Positions 10,266 to 19,540 of a stretch of 64,000 nucleotides of DNA are shown one piece after another. How positions within the stretch are numbered: the first letter of the stretch is position 1; each line of letters opens with the position of its first letter. Source of the stretch: Dehalococcoidia bacterium (lineage in GTDB: Bacteria > Chloroflexota > Dehalococcoidia > UBA6926); NCBI GenBank assembly GCA_963666115.2, contig CAXXET010000006.1:128001-192000 (forward strand). Direction: 5' to 3'. The position numbers were made by a program, and so were the translations under genes. Under the pieces are notes generated by a model, which was not told the origin of the DNA, searched no databases, and saw only the letters and a program-made list of their open reading frames with translations.

Positions 10266-12140
10266 ATGAGCAGATGGACCTTGCTTCTCATCGGCTTGGT
10301 CGCTGCCCTTGCGCTGCTTGCGGCGGCGTGCGGCACGGCTGAAGAAGATGAGGAGGACACGGGGGAAACGGAAACCCCGCCGACGGCGACAGCAACAGCT
10401 ATCGTCATCACCGGCAGCGCGGCAGATACCCCAACACCTGTGCCTGTTGACATGGACGATGATGACGACATGATGGACGATACCCGTTCCGTCAGCGGCA
10501 TCCCGCTTGACCCGGATGCCAAGTACGGCGGCACCCTCCAGATCGCCTACACGAGCCACAGCCCGAGCTTCGTGCCGTGGGAGTCCGCAGCCGGCCACTC
10601 CTTCGAAGTGGCGCAGATGCTGAACAACATGCTGATCAAGCCGAGGACGTGGGGCACCGAAGAAGACTTCAATAACTTCGTCTACTTTGAGTTGCATCCT
10701 GACCTCGCCACCAGTTGGGAACAGTCCGATGATGGACTCGCCTACACCTTCGCCCTGCGTGAGGGCGTGGACTGGTCGGACGGCGTGCCTGTCACGTGCA
10801 ACGACATCAAGTGGTCGTTTGACACCATCCGGCTTGCCCAGGACGCAGGCCTAAGCACCAGCCCGCGCAAGACGCACTACCTCGCGGTTGACGCCATCAC
10901 CTGCCCGGATGACCTGACGGTGGTCTTCAACCTCCGGTGGGCGAAGCCGGCCATGATTGAAGTCATCGGCCAGCCCTACAACGTCATCTTCCCGGCACAC
11001 ATCTACCAGACGGAATTCCTGGAGACCGGCGCATTGATGTCCTTCCAGGATGAGCCGTCCAAGGCAACAACCGGCGCCTACAAGCTGGCGAACTACATTC
11101 CCGGCGAGATTTTCGTGTTCGAGCGCAACGATGACTACTGGGACCAGCCGCTTCCGTACCTTGACGGCGTAGAGATGCGCTTCCTTGGCCCGGGTTCATC
11201 CCAGATTCCCCCGGCCCTGCGCGCAGGACGTCTGCATATCGGCAGCCCCAACGGCTACACCGGCGGACAGGCGGACACGCTCCTCGCGGAGTGCACGGAA
11301 ACGTGCCAGTTCTGGCAGAACCGCATCATCGCCTCCTCCTTCAGCCCCGCGCTCTTCATCAACAAGCAGCGCAAGGGATGGATGGAAGACCAGAGAATCC
11401 ACGAGGCATTCTCCCTGGCGATCGACAACCAGGCATACATCACCACCGTTCGCAACGACTGGTACGAGCTCCCGGTGGGCTGCGGATTCTACCCGACGTC
11501 CCCGTGGGCCATGCCCAGGGAGCGCTGCGGCCAGATCACCGGCTTTGCTGATGTCGTTCCGGAGACGCGCGAGGCGCGCGCCGCCGCCGCTGCCGCTGAC
11601 AAGGAGCGCGCGCGGGCATTGCTGGCAGAGGCCGGCTACGACGCGGACAACCCGCTCGTCGTTGACTTCACCGTCTGGTCCCCAATCCAGGGCGACGCCC
11701 CGCAGTTCATCAATGACCTTGCGGAGATCGGCGTGACCGCCGAGCCGGATGTCCAGGAGTCGGCGACTGCCTACGGCAACTGGGCGACGGCCAACTTCGA
11801 CTTCGGAGTCCACAGCTTCTGGATCGCCGGAATCGACCCGGACGTGACCCTGTACGAGCACTTCTACACGGGTTCGGACCGCAACTACAACCGCTACAGC
11901 AATCCCGAGTTCGACAATCTGGTCAACCAGATGAGCCGGACACTGGATCAGGAAGAGCGGAAGGAGTTGGCATGGGACGCGATGGAAATGGCGCTCAATG
12001 ATGTCGCCAAGATCGTCGTCTCGCACAGCTCCTACGTCATGGCCATCAACAAGGACGTTCGCGGCTTCATGCCGGCCATCAACTACCTCTCCGCCTACGG
12101 CCCGCTGAAGCGCTACCAGCACGTCTGGCTTGACGAGTAG
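10266..12140 (+). CDS. ABC transporter substrate-binding lipoprotein, family 5 (copy 3)
   Basis: GGAGGAG RBS, MSRWTLLL..LAAAC; paralog of its neighbours. Confidence 0.93.
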   Translation: MSRWTLLLIGLVAALALLAAACGTAEEDEEDTGETETPPTATATAIVITGSAADTPTPVPVDMDDDDDMMDDTRSVSGIPLDPDAKYGGTLQIAYTSHSPSFVPWESAAGHSFEVAQMLNNMLIKPRTWGTEEDFNNFVYFELHPDLATSWEQSDDGLAYTFALREGVDWSDGVPVTCNDIKWSFDTIRLAQDAGLSTSPRKTHYLAVDAITCPDDLTVVFNLRWAKPAMIEVIGQPYNVIFPAHIYQTEFLETGALMSFQDEPSKATTGAYKLANYIPGEIFVFERNDDYWDQPLPYLDGVEMRFLGPGSSQIPPALRAGRLHIGSPNGYTGGQADTLLAECTETCQFWQNRIIASSFSPALFINKQRKGWMEDQRIHEAFSLAIDNQAYITTVRNDWYELPVGCGFYPTSPWAMPRERCGQITGFADVVPETREARAAAAAADKERARALLAEAGYDADNPLVVDFTVWSPIQGDAPQFINDLAEIGVTAEPDVQESATAYGNWATANFDFGVHSFWIAGIDPDVTLYEHFYTGSDRNYNRYSNPEFDNLVNQMSRTLDQEERKELAWDAMEMALNDVAKIVVSHSSYVMAINKDVRGFMPAINYLSAYGPLKRYQHVWLDE

Positions 12141-12187
12141 CAGACTCGCCTGAGATCGGGAACGGCAGCCAGCCCGTTTCGGATACC

Positions 12188-12229
12188 AATGATGCCCCTG
12201 CCATTGCGGCAGGGGCATCATTCCTTTTT
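12188..12229 (+). terminator. Rho-independent terminator after SBP copy 3
   Basis: AATGATGCCCCTGCC-ATTGC-GGCAGGGGCATCATT followed by CCTTTTT. Confidence 0.85.
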
Positions 12230-12251
12230 GCAATACCTAGTATCGCTAGGG

Positions 12252-12279
12252 TTGACACTAGCTACAGTCAAGTCATAAT
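12252..12279 (+). promoter_or_regulatory. sigma70-type promoter of SBP copy 4
   Basis: Core identical to the copy-3 promoter: TTGACACTAGCTACAGTCAAGTCATAAT. Confidence 0.78.
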
Positions 12280-12317
12280 GACACAATTGCGGTTGACCCA
12301 TAGGGGAGGAGGAGACT

Positions 12318-14207
12318 ATGAGCAGATGGACTTTGCTTCTTGTCGGTCTGGTCGCCACGCTTGCGCTTCTTGCGGCAGCATGCGGCACAGCCCAGGAAGA
12401 TGAAGACGAGGGAGAAACAGAAACCCCGCCGACAGCGACAGCGACAGCTATCGTCATCACCGGCAGCGCGGCAAATACGGCAACTCCGGTGCCCGACACG
12501 GGCGGTGGCGATATGCCGACCCCGGGGCCTGATCCCAACGCGTCCGTCAGCGGCATCCCGCTCGATCCCGATGCCAAGTACGGCGGCGTGTTGCAGACGT
12601 CCTATACGTCCAACAGCCCCAGCTTCATCCCGTGGGAGTCCGCCGCAGGTCACTCCTTCCCCATTGCCCACTTGCTGAACAACATGCTCATCAAGCCGCG
12701 CACGTGGGGCAATGAAGAGGACTTCAGGAACCAGGTCTACTTTGAGTTGCATCCTGACCTCGCCACAGGCTGGGAGCAGTCCGAGGATGGTCGCGCCTAC
12801 ACCTTCACCCTGCGTGACGGCGTGAACTGGTCAGACGGCGTGCCGGTCACGTGCAACGACATCAAGTGGTCGTTTGACACAATCAGGCTCGCGCAGGACG
12901 CAGGCCTGAGCACCAGCCCGCGGAAGACCCACTACCTGGCAATTGACTCCATCTCGTGCCCGGATGACCTCACCGTCGTATTCAACCTTCGGTGGGCGAA
13001 GCCGGCCATGATTGAGGTCATCGGCCAGCCCTACAACGTCATCTTCCCGGCCCACATCTACCAGCAGGAGTACCTCGACACCGGCGCCTTGAAGTCCTTC
13101 AAGGAGGAACCATCCAAGGCGACCACAGGCGCATACACGCTGGGCACCTGGATTCCGGGCGAGTCCTTTGAGTTCAACCGGAACCCCAACTACTGGGATG
13201 AGCCGCTTCCGTACCTCGATGGCGTCAAGATGATCTACCTTGGCCCCGGCTCCTCGCAGTTGCCTCCTGCGTTGCGCGCAGGCCGGCTGGACGTTGGCAG
13301 CACCACCGGCTACACCGGCGGCCAGGCAGACACGCTCCTTTCGGAATGCACGGACACCTGCCAGATCTGGGACGCCCGTGTGATCGCGTCATCCTTCAGC
13401 CCCGCGCTCTTCATCAACAAGCAGCGCAAGGGATGGATGGAAGACCAGAGGATCCACGAGGCCTTTGCGCTGGCAGTGGATAACCAGAAGTACATCACGA
13501 CCGTTCGCAACGATTGGTATGAGCTCCCTGTCGGCTGCGGCTTCTACCCCACGTCCCCGTGGGCCATGCCCAGGGAGCGCTGCGGCCAGATCACCGGCTT
13601 CGCGGACGTCGTTCCTGAGACGCGTGAAGCGCGTGCCGCCGCCGCTGCCTCTGACAAGGAAAAGGCTCGCGCCCTCCTCAGGGAAGCCGGCTACACCACC
13701 GACCCGGGCTCGGACAACCAGCTTGAGGTGACGTGGACCGTGTGGGCGCCCATCCAGGGCGACGTTCCGGCCTTCTCCAGCGACCTGGAAGAGATCGGTG
13801 TCAAGGTCAACGTGGATGTACAGGAGTCCGCGACCGCCTACGGCAACTGGGCGACGCACAACTTCGACTTCGGCCTCCACAGCTTCTGGATCGCCGGAAT
13901 CGACCCGGACGTGACCCTGTACGAGCACTTCTACACTGGCTCCGACCGGAACTACAACGACTACAGGAATCCGGAGTTCGACAACTTGGTCAACACCATG
14001 AGCCGGACCTTGGATCAGGAGGAGCGGAAGCAACTCGCGTGGGACGCGATGGAGATGGCGCTGAATGACGTTGCCAAGATCGTGGTCTCGCACAGTTCCT
14101 ACGTTCCGATCGTCGGCGCGGATGTGCGCGGCTTCATGCCGGCCCTCAACTACCTCACCGGCTACGGCCCGCTCTACCGCTACGCCCACGTCTGGCTTGA
14201 TCGGTAA
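12318..14207 (+). CDS. ABC transporter substrate-binding lipoprotein, family 5 (copy 4)
   Basis: Paralog with lipobox LAAAC and SBP5 motifs. Confidence 0.93.
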   Translation: MSRWTLLLVGLVATLALLAAACGTAQEDEDEGETETPPTATATAIVITGSAANTATPVPDTGGGDMPTPGPDPNASVSGIPLDPDAKYGGVLQTSYTSNSPSFIPWESAAGHSFPIAHLLNNMLIKPRTWGNEEDFRNQVYFELHPDLATGWEQSEDGRAYTFTLRDGVNWSDGVPVTCNDIKWSFDTIRLAQDAGLSTSPRKTHYLAIDSISCPDDLTVVFNLRWAKPAMIEVIGQPYNVIFPAHIYQQEYLDTGALKSFKEEPSKATTGAYTLGTWIPGESFEFNRNPNYWDEPLPYLDGVKMIYLGPGSSQLPPALRAGRLDVGSTTGYTGGQADTLLSECTDTCQIWDARVIASSFSPALFINKQRKGWMEDQRIHEAFALAVDNQKYITTVRNDWYELPVGCGFYPTSPWAMPRERCGQITGFADVVPETREARAAAAASDKEKARALLREAGYTTDPGSDNQLEVTWTVWAPIQGDVPAFSSDLEEIGVKVNVDVQESATAYGNWATHNFDFGLHSFWIAGIDPDVTLYEHFYTGSDRNYNDYRNPEFDNLVNTMSRTLDQEERKQLAWDAMEMALNDVAKIVVSHSSYVPIVGADVRGFMPALNYLTGYGPLYRYAHVWLDR

Positions 14208-14257
14208 TCCAACCGACTGAGTCACTGTGGCGCTGACGGCAAATCCGCAGACCACAA

Positions 14258-14297
14258 GGGCGCCCCGGCGCGAAAGCGCCGGGGCGCTCCACTTTTT
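14258..14297 (+). terminator. Rho-independent terminator after SBP copy 4
   Basis: GCGCCCCGGCGC-GAAA-GCGCCGGGGCGC followed by a T tract. Confidence 0.85.
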
Positions 14298-14317
14298 GCT
14301 GCCTGGCATTGCTAGGG

Positions 14318-14345
14318 TTGACACTCAGCATCGCGGCGTCATACT
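14318..14345 (+). promoter_or_regulatory. sigma70-type promoter of SBP copy 5
   Basis: GCTAGGG-TTGACA-N16-CATACT. Confidence 0.72.
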
Positions 14346-14385
14346 GTCACAACTAGGGTTTACCTATGGGAGGAGGAGGGAGACC

Positions 14386-16269
14386 ATGAATAGGTTTACA
14401 TTGCTCCTTGTCGGCCTGATTGCCGCGCTTGCCTTGCTGGCGGCGGCGTGCGGCACGGCTGAAGAGGAAGCGGAAGATACGCCCGCGCCTGCGGAACCGA
14501 CCGCGACCGCGCTCAGCATCACGGGCAGCGCCCCGCCAACGGCAACCCCGATGACCGACATGGGCGACAGCGTTGCGCCAACGCCGGGGCCTGATCCCAA
14601 CGCATCCGTCAGCGGCATCCCGCTTGACCCGGACGCCCAGTACGGCGGCGTTTTGCAGATCTCATACACAACCAACAGTCCCAGCTTCGTTCCCTGGGAG
14701 TCGGCGGCAGGACACTCATTTGAAGTGGCTCACATGCTTAACAACATGCTGATCAAGCCGCGTACGTGGGGCGACGAAGCAGACTTTGACAACCAGGTCT
14801 ACTTTGAGTTGCACCCTGACCTCGCCACGGATTGGGAACAGTCTGACGACGGTCTGGCGTACACCTTCAATCTGCGTGACGGCGTGAACTGGTCGGATGG
14901 CGTGCCTGTCTCATGCAACGATGTCAAATGGTCGTTTGACACCATCCGGCTCGCGCAGGACGCAGGCCTGAGCACCAGCCCGCGGAAGACCCACTACCTG
15001 GCCATCGACTCCATCGCCTGCCCGGATGACCTCACCGTCGTGTTCAATCTCAGGTGGGCGAAGCCGGCCATGATTGAAGTCATCGGCCAGCCCTACAACG
15101 TCATCTTCCCCGCGCACATCTACCAGCAGGAGTACCTGGACACCGGCGCCCTGCGCTCATTCCAGGACGAACCATCCAAGGTGACCACTGGCGCCTACAC
15201 GTTGGGCCGGTGGATTCCCGGTGAGTCCTTCACCTTTGAGCGCAACGACAGCTATTGGGACGCGCCGCTGCCCTACCTTGATGGCGTTCAGATGACATTC
15301 CTTGGCCCCGGCTCCAGCCAGGTTGTGACAGCCTTGCGTGGCGACCGGCTGCATGTTGGAAGCACCACCGGCTACACTGGCGGTCAGGCGGACACGCTCA
15401 TCCAGGAATGCACGGAAGTCTGCCAGTTCTGGCAGAGCCGCGTCATTGCATCCTCCTTCAGCCCGGCGCTCTTCATCAACAAGCAGCGCAAGGGCTGGAT
15501 GGAAGACCAGAGGATCCACGAGGCCTTTGCGCTGGCAGTGGACAACCAGAAGTACATCACAACCGTGAGGAACGACTGGTATGAGCTCCCCGTCGGCTGC
15601 GGCTTCTACCCCACGTCCCCGTGGGCCATGCCGCGTGAGCGCTGCGGGCAGGTAATCGGCTTCGCCGATGTTGTTCCTGAGACGCGTGAGGCGCGCGCCG
15701 CAGCGGCTGCCGCCGACAAGGAAAAGGCTCGCGCGTTGCTGAGGGAAGCTGGCTACACCACTGATCCCGGCTCAGACAACCAGCTCCAGGTAACCTGGAC
15801 CGTCTGGGCGCCCATCCAGGGTGACATCCCGGCATTCGAGAGCGACCTTACGGAGATCGGCGTGATCGTGGAGACGGATGTGCAGGAGTCTGCGACCGCC
15901 TACGGCAACTGGGCAACGCATAACTTCGACTTCGGCCTCCACAGCTTCTGGATCGCGGGAATCGACCCGGACGTGACCCTGTACGAGCACTTCTACACCG
16001 GTTCCGACCGGAACTACAACGACTACAGGAATCCGGAGTTTGACAACCTCGTCAACCAGATGAGCCGGACCCTGGATCAGGAAGAGCGCAAGGAGCTCGC
16101 CTGGCAGGCCATGGAGATGGCGCTGAATGACGTCGCCAAGATCGTGGTCTCCCACAGTTCCTACGTCGCAGCGGTCAACAGGGATGTCCGCGGCTACATG
16201 CCCGCCCTCAACTACCTTGCCGGCTACGGCCCGGTCAAGCGCTACGCCCACGTCTGGCTTGATGAGTAA
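14386..16269 (+). CDS. ABC transporter substrate-binding lipoprotein, family 5 (copy 5)
   Basis: GGAGGAGG RBS before ATG 14386 (MNRFTLLL..LAAAC). Confidence 0.93.
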   Translation: MNRFTLLLVGLIAALALLAAACGTAEEEAEDTPAPAEPTATALSITGSAPPTATPMTDMGDSVAPTPGPDPNASVSGIPLDPDAQYGGVLQISYTTNSPSFVPWESAAGHSFEVAHMLNNMLIKPRTWGDEADFDNQVYFELHPDLATDWEQSDDGLAYTFNLRDGVNWSDGVPVSCNDVKWSFDTIRLAQDAGLSTSPRKTHYLAIDSIACPDDLTVVFNLRWAKPAMIEVIGQPYNVIFPAHIYQQEYLDTGALRSFQDEPSKVTTGAYTLGRWIPGESFTFERNDSYWDAPLPYLDGVQMTFLGPGSSQVVTALRGDRLHVGSTTGYTGGQADTLIQECTEVCQFWQSRVIASSFSPALFINKQRKGWMEDQRIHEAFALAVDNQKYITTVRNDWYELPVGCGFYPTSPWAMPRERCGQVIGFADVVPETREARAAAAAADKEKARALLREAGYTTDPGSDNQLQVTWTVWAPIQGDIPAFESDLTEIGVIVETDVQESATAYGNWATHNFDFGLHSFWIAGIDPDVTLYEHFYTGSDRNYNDYRNPEFDNLVNQMSRTLDQEERKELAWQAMEMALNDVAKIVVSHSSYVAAVNRDVRGYMPALNYLAGYGPVKRYAHVWLDE

Positions 16270-16319
16270 GCCAAACCGCTGAGCCACTGTGGCGCTGACG
16301 GCAAACCCGCAGACCACAA

Positions 16320-16359
16320 GAGGCCCTCGATGCACCCGCATCGGGGGCCTCTACTTTTT
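16320..16359 (+). terminator. Rho-independent terminator after SBP copy 5
   Basis: GAGGCCCTCGATGC-ACCC-GCATCGGGGGCCTC followed by TACTTTTT. Confidence 0.8.
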
Positions 16360-16385
16360 GCCCCCACTGTCATTCTGCCCCCACT

Positions 16386-16410
16386 GTCATTCTGAGCGCA
16401 GCGAAGAATC
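16386..16410 (+). repeat. REP-like family A (GTCATTCTGAGCGCAGCGAAGAATC)
   Basis: Exact copies at 19488, 26135 and 53691 (reverse); variant at 34817. Confidence 0.85.
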
Positions 16411-16463
16411 CATCCCCTCTCCCTCAGGGTCAGGGAGAGGGCTAGGGTGAGGGGGCGGCAAAC

Positions 16464-16561
16464 TGGCGGGAGTAGGAGGGAGTCGAACCCACCGGGGACG
16501 GCGCTGGCCGCCCCCCATCGGGGTTGAAGCCCGTGAGCCCCACCGGGAACCATCTACTCCC
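16464..16561 (-). tRNA. selC: tRNA-Sec (anticodon UCA)
   Basis: Reverse complement has an 8-bp acceptor stem GGGAGTAG/CTACTCCC, anticodon loop CTTCAAC, long variable arm, GGTTCGACTCC T-arm and GCCA end; 98 nt. Confidence 0.93.
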
Positions 16562-16584
16562 GCGCGATGCGGGACGCCGGACAC

Positions 16585-17502
16585 CTAGGAATGCTCAGCG
16601 ATGTACTTCTCTGCGAAGATCGCCGCCGTCGCCCCGTCCCCAACCGCGGATGCCACCTGGCGCGCCGACTGCGCGCGAACGTCGCCCGCCGCGAACACGC
16701 CCGGGAACTGCGTCTCCATCTTCAAATTCACGTGCAGGTGCCCCTGCTCATCAGACGGCAGCTTCCCCCGCAGGAACTGCGTATTCGGCGTCAGCCCCAC
16801 GTAGATGAAAACCCCGTCAACCTGCCGCTCATACAGCGAGTCCTGCGTCACGTCCTTCAGCAGGAGCGTATCGACGAGGCCGTTGCCCTTGATCTCCTGC
16901 ACCGTTGTATTCCACAGGAAGTCCATCTTCTCGTTGGCGAACGCCCGCTCCTGCAGGATCTTCTGCGCCCGCAGCTCATCACGTCGATGGATGATCGTCA
17001 CCTTGTTCGCGAAACGCGTCAGGTAAGCGCCCTCCTCAACGGCCGCGTCGCCGCCGCCGACCACCACGAGCTCCTTGTCGCGGAAGAACGCGCCGTCGCA
17101 CACCGCGCAGTAAGAGACGCCGCGTCCGGAGAACTCATCCTCGCCCGGCACCTCCAGCTTGTTGTGCATGGAGCCGGTCGCGATGATCAGCGTCTTGGCC
17201 CTGATCTCGCCGTCGTCCGTCTTGACGATCTTGTAATCGCCCTCGAGCTCGACGTCCTCGACCTCGGCGTACTCGACGTTCAGGCCGAACTTCTCCGCGT
17301 GGTCCATCAACTTCTGCCCGAGCTCCGGTCCAAGGATGTGCTCAAAGCCCGGGTAATTTTCCACGTCCTCAGTGACGGCAAGCTGCCCGCCCACGAGGCC
17401 GCGTTCAACCAGCAGGGTATTCATCCGGGCGCGCGTGCCGTAAAGGCCCGCAGCCGCCCCCGTCGGCCCCCCGCCAAGGATGATCAGGTCATAGGTATCC
17501 AA
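16585..17502 (-). CDS. trxB: Thioredoxin reductase
   Basis: GGGPTG, GVSYCAVCDG, VGGGDAAVEE, GVFAAGD. Confidence 0.96.
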   Translation of the reverse strand: MDTYDLIILGGGPTGAAAGLYGTRARMNTLLVERGLVGGQLAVTEDVENYPGFEHILGPELGQKLMDHAEKFGLNVEYAEVEDVELEGDYKIVKTDDGEIRAKTLIIATGSMHNKLEVPGEDEFSGRGVSYCAVCDGAFFRDKELVVVGGGDAAVEEGAYLTRFANKVTIIHRRDELRAQKILQERAFANEKMDFLWNTTVQEIKGNGLVDTLLLKDVTQDSLYERQVDGVFIYVGLTPNTQFLRGKLPSDEQGHLHVNLKMETQFPGVFAAGDVRAQSARQVASAVGDGATAAIFAEKYIAEHS

Positions 17503-17512
17503 CGCGCCGCCC

Positions 17513-17845
17513 CTAGACGGTTACGACCTTGGACAGCAGGCGGTCCTTGATCGCCTTCTTCGGCATCGCGCCGACAACCTGCGCCACCGGCTCGCCGCCT
17601 TGGAACACCATCAGCGTCGGGATGCTCATCACCTGGTACTTCAGCGCGATGTTCGGCGCCTCGTCCACGTTCAGCTTGGTGAAGCCCATGTCGGAGGAAT
17701 ACTCCTCCGCAAGCTCTTCGACGATCGGCGAGACGATCTTGCAGGGGCCGCACCAGGGCGCCCAGAAATCCACGAGCACCGGCTTCTCCGAACCCAGCAC
17801 CTCGCTCTGAAAATCGTTCTCGGTCACATCCTGCATCTTCGCCAT
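17513..17845 (-). CDS. trxA: Thioredoxin
   Basis: DFWAPWCGPC, SIPTL. Confidence 0.96.
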   Translation of the reverse strand: MAKMQDVTENDFQSEVLGSEKPVLVDFWAPWCGPCKIVSPIVEELAEEYSSDMGFTKLNVDEAPNIALKYQVMSIPTLMVFQGGEPVAQVVGAMPKKAIKDRLLSKVVTV

Positions 17846-17933
17846 CCCGGACCTTCCTTCCTGGTTCGCTACCCCTCTGTGGGTTCAGTTTACCCCGCCG
17901 CGCAACTAAAATCCGTCCCGCGCGGGCATATCA

Positions 17934-17962
17934 GTATACGAAATCTCAGCCCGCCCTGTCAT
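17934..17962 (-). promoter_or_regulatory. Putative trxA promoter
   Basis: Minus strand ATGACA-N17-TATACT. Confidence 0.55.
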
Positions 17963-18059
17963 TTTACCCCCCGCGCGGGTGTATGATTGCGGTACGGCAA
18001 GGCGTGACCGCCCGATGTGCGAGGGGCGGCGCTGAGCTTCAAGGGGAGGTAGGGAAGAC

Positions 18060-18938
18060 GTGCGTAACTTTAACTATGTCGCGCCCGCGTCGCTTGCTGA
18101 GGCCGTCCAGGCCTTTGGACAAGCCGGCGGCAAGGCGCGCGCTCTCGCAGGCGGCACCGACATCATCGACCAGATCCGCATCGGTCGCAGGACCCCGGAA
18201 CTGCTCATCGATACCAAGCGCGTGCCGGAAATGATGGTCTTTGACGATGACGGCGCGGGAGGACTCCGCATCGGCGCGGCGCTCCCGCTCTCACGCGTCC
18301 GGGACGATGACCGCGTCAAGGCCGGATTCCCGGCGCTTGCCACGGCGTCCGGGCTTGTCGGCGCAATCCAGATACAGAACCGCGCCACGCTTGGCGGCAA
18401 CGTCGGCAACGCGGCCCCCTCCGGCGACACCATACCCCCGCTGATGGTGCTGGGCAGCACCGTCGTCATCGCCGGTCCCAACGGCACGCGGGAAGAGCCT
18501 GTCGGCGACATCTTCGCAGGCCCCGGGCAGATGACGCTCGCGCCGGATGAGTGCCTGGTCGAGTTCCGCGTCCCCGCGCCCGCAGCCAACAGCTCCAGCT
18601 ACTACGTCCGGTTCATACCGCGCGCGGAGATGGACATCGCCGTCGTCGGCGTCGGCGTTTCAATGACCCTCAACGGTGGAGGACAGATCGAGGACGTCAA
18701 CATCGCCCTGGCATCCGTCGCCCCCACGCCGGTTCGGGCGACCGACGCCGAGAACGTGTTGCGCGGCGAGACGCTCACCGCCGCCCTTGCCCGCGAGGCC
18801 GGCGAACAGGCGGAGCATCACGCGTCCCCCATCTCGGACGTGCGCGGCTCAGCCGACTACCGCCGGGAGCTTACCAAGGTGCTGACGCGGCGCGCCGTCA
18901 CGGCCTGCGCCCAACAGCTCGGCGCCACCGTCAGTTAG
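18060..18938 (+). CDS. Xanthine dehydrogenase family FAD-binding subunit (CoxM-like)
   Basis: LAGGTD, QIQNRATLGGN, PISDVRGSADYRR. Confidence 0.92.
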   Translation: MRNFNYVAPASLAEAVQAFGQAGGKARALAGGTDIIDQIRIGRRTPELLIDTKRVPEMMVFDDDGAGGLRIGAALPLSRVRDDDRVKAGFPALATASGLVGAIQIQNRATLGGNVGNAAPSGDTIPPLMVLGSTVVIAGPNGTREEPVGDIFAGPGQMTLAPDECLVEFRVPAPAANSSSYYVRFIPRAEMDIAVVGVGVSMTLNGGGQIEDVNIALASVAPTPVRATDAENVLRGETLTAALAREAGEQAEHHASPISDVRGSADYRRELTKVLTRRAVTACAQQLGATVS

Positions 18939-18948
18939 GAGGACAACC

Positions 18949-19437
18949 ATGACGACAACGACAACAAACCGGCGCATCGTCCAATTCACCGTGAACGGCA
19001 ACGCCGTTGAGATCGCCATCACCCCCAGGCAGACCCTGCTTGAGGTTGTTCGAGACGAGCTTGGCCTCACCGGCGCGAAGGAGGGGTGCAGCAACGGCAA
19101 CTGCGGCTCCTGCACCATTGAGGTTGACGGCGTCACCATCAACTCCTGCTGCGCCCTCGGCGTTGAGATGGAGGGCAGGGAGGTCAACACCATCGAGGGC
19201 CTCGCCCCCGGCAATGATCTCCACCCCATCCAGCAGGCCTTCATGGAAAACGGCGGCCTCCAGTGCGGCATCTGCACCCCCGGATTCATCCTCTCCACAG
19301 ATCATCTCCTCAAGATGATTCCCAATCCCACGGAAGAGGAAATCAGGCTCCACCTGGCGGGCAACCTCTGCCGCTGCACCGGCTACGACAAGATAGTCCG
19401 CTCCGTCCAGGCCGCCGCCGCAGAAATGACCTCCTAA
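18949..19437 (+). CDS. Xanthine dehydrogenase family [2Fe-2S] subunit (CoxS-like)
   Basis: GCSNGNCGSC, QCGICTPG, GNLCRCTGY. Confidence 0.95.
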   Translation: MTTTTTNRRIVQFTVNGNAVEIAITPRQTLLEVVRDELGLTGAKEGCSNGNCGSCTIEVDGVTINSCCALGVEMEGREVNTIEGLAPGNDLHPIQQAFMENGGLQCGICTPGFILSTDHLLKMIPNPTEEEIRLHLAGNLCRCTGYDKIVRSVQAAAAEMTS

Positions 19438-19487
19438 GCGCTATTTCCCCTCCCCACTCTGTGGGGGAGGGCTAAGGTGGGCGAGGT

Positions 19488-19512
19488 GTCATTCTGAGCG
19501 CAGCGAAGAATC
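19488..19512 (+). repeat. REP-like family A copy
   Basis: Exact match to 16386-16410. Confidence 0.85.
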
Positions 19513-19540
19513 CAAAGTCACGATTGAGCAATCCAGCGCT

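Noticed and set aside
8252-16269. Diversity-generating retroelement behind the paralog variation
   Set aside because: No reverse transcriptase and differences are not adenine-specific
6234-16464. Genomic island integrated at selC carrying the SBP array
   Set aside because: No integrase and no duplicated tRNA 3' end found
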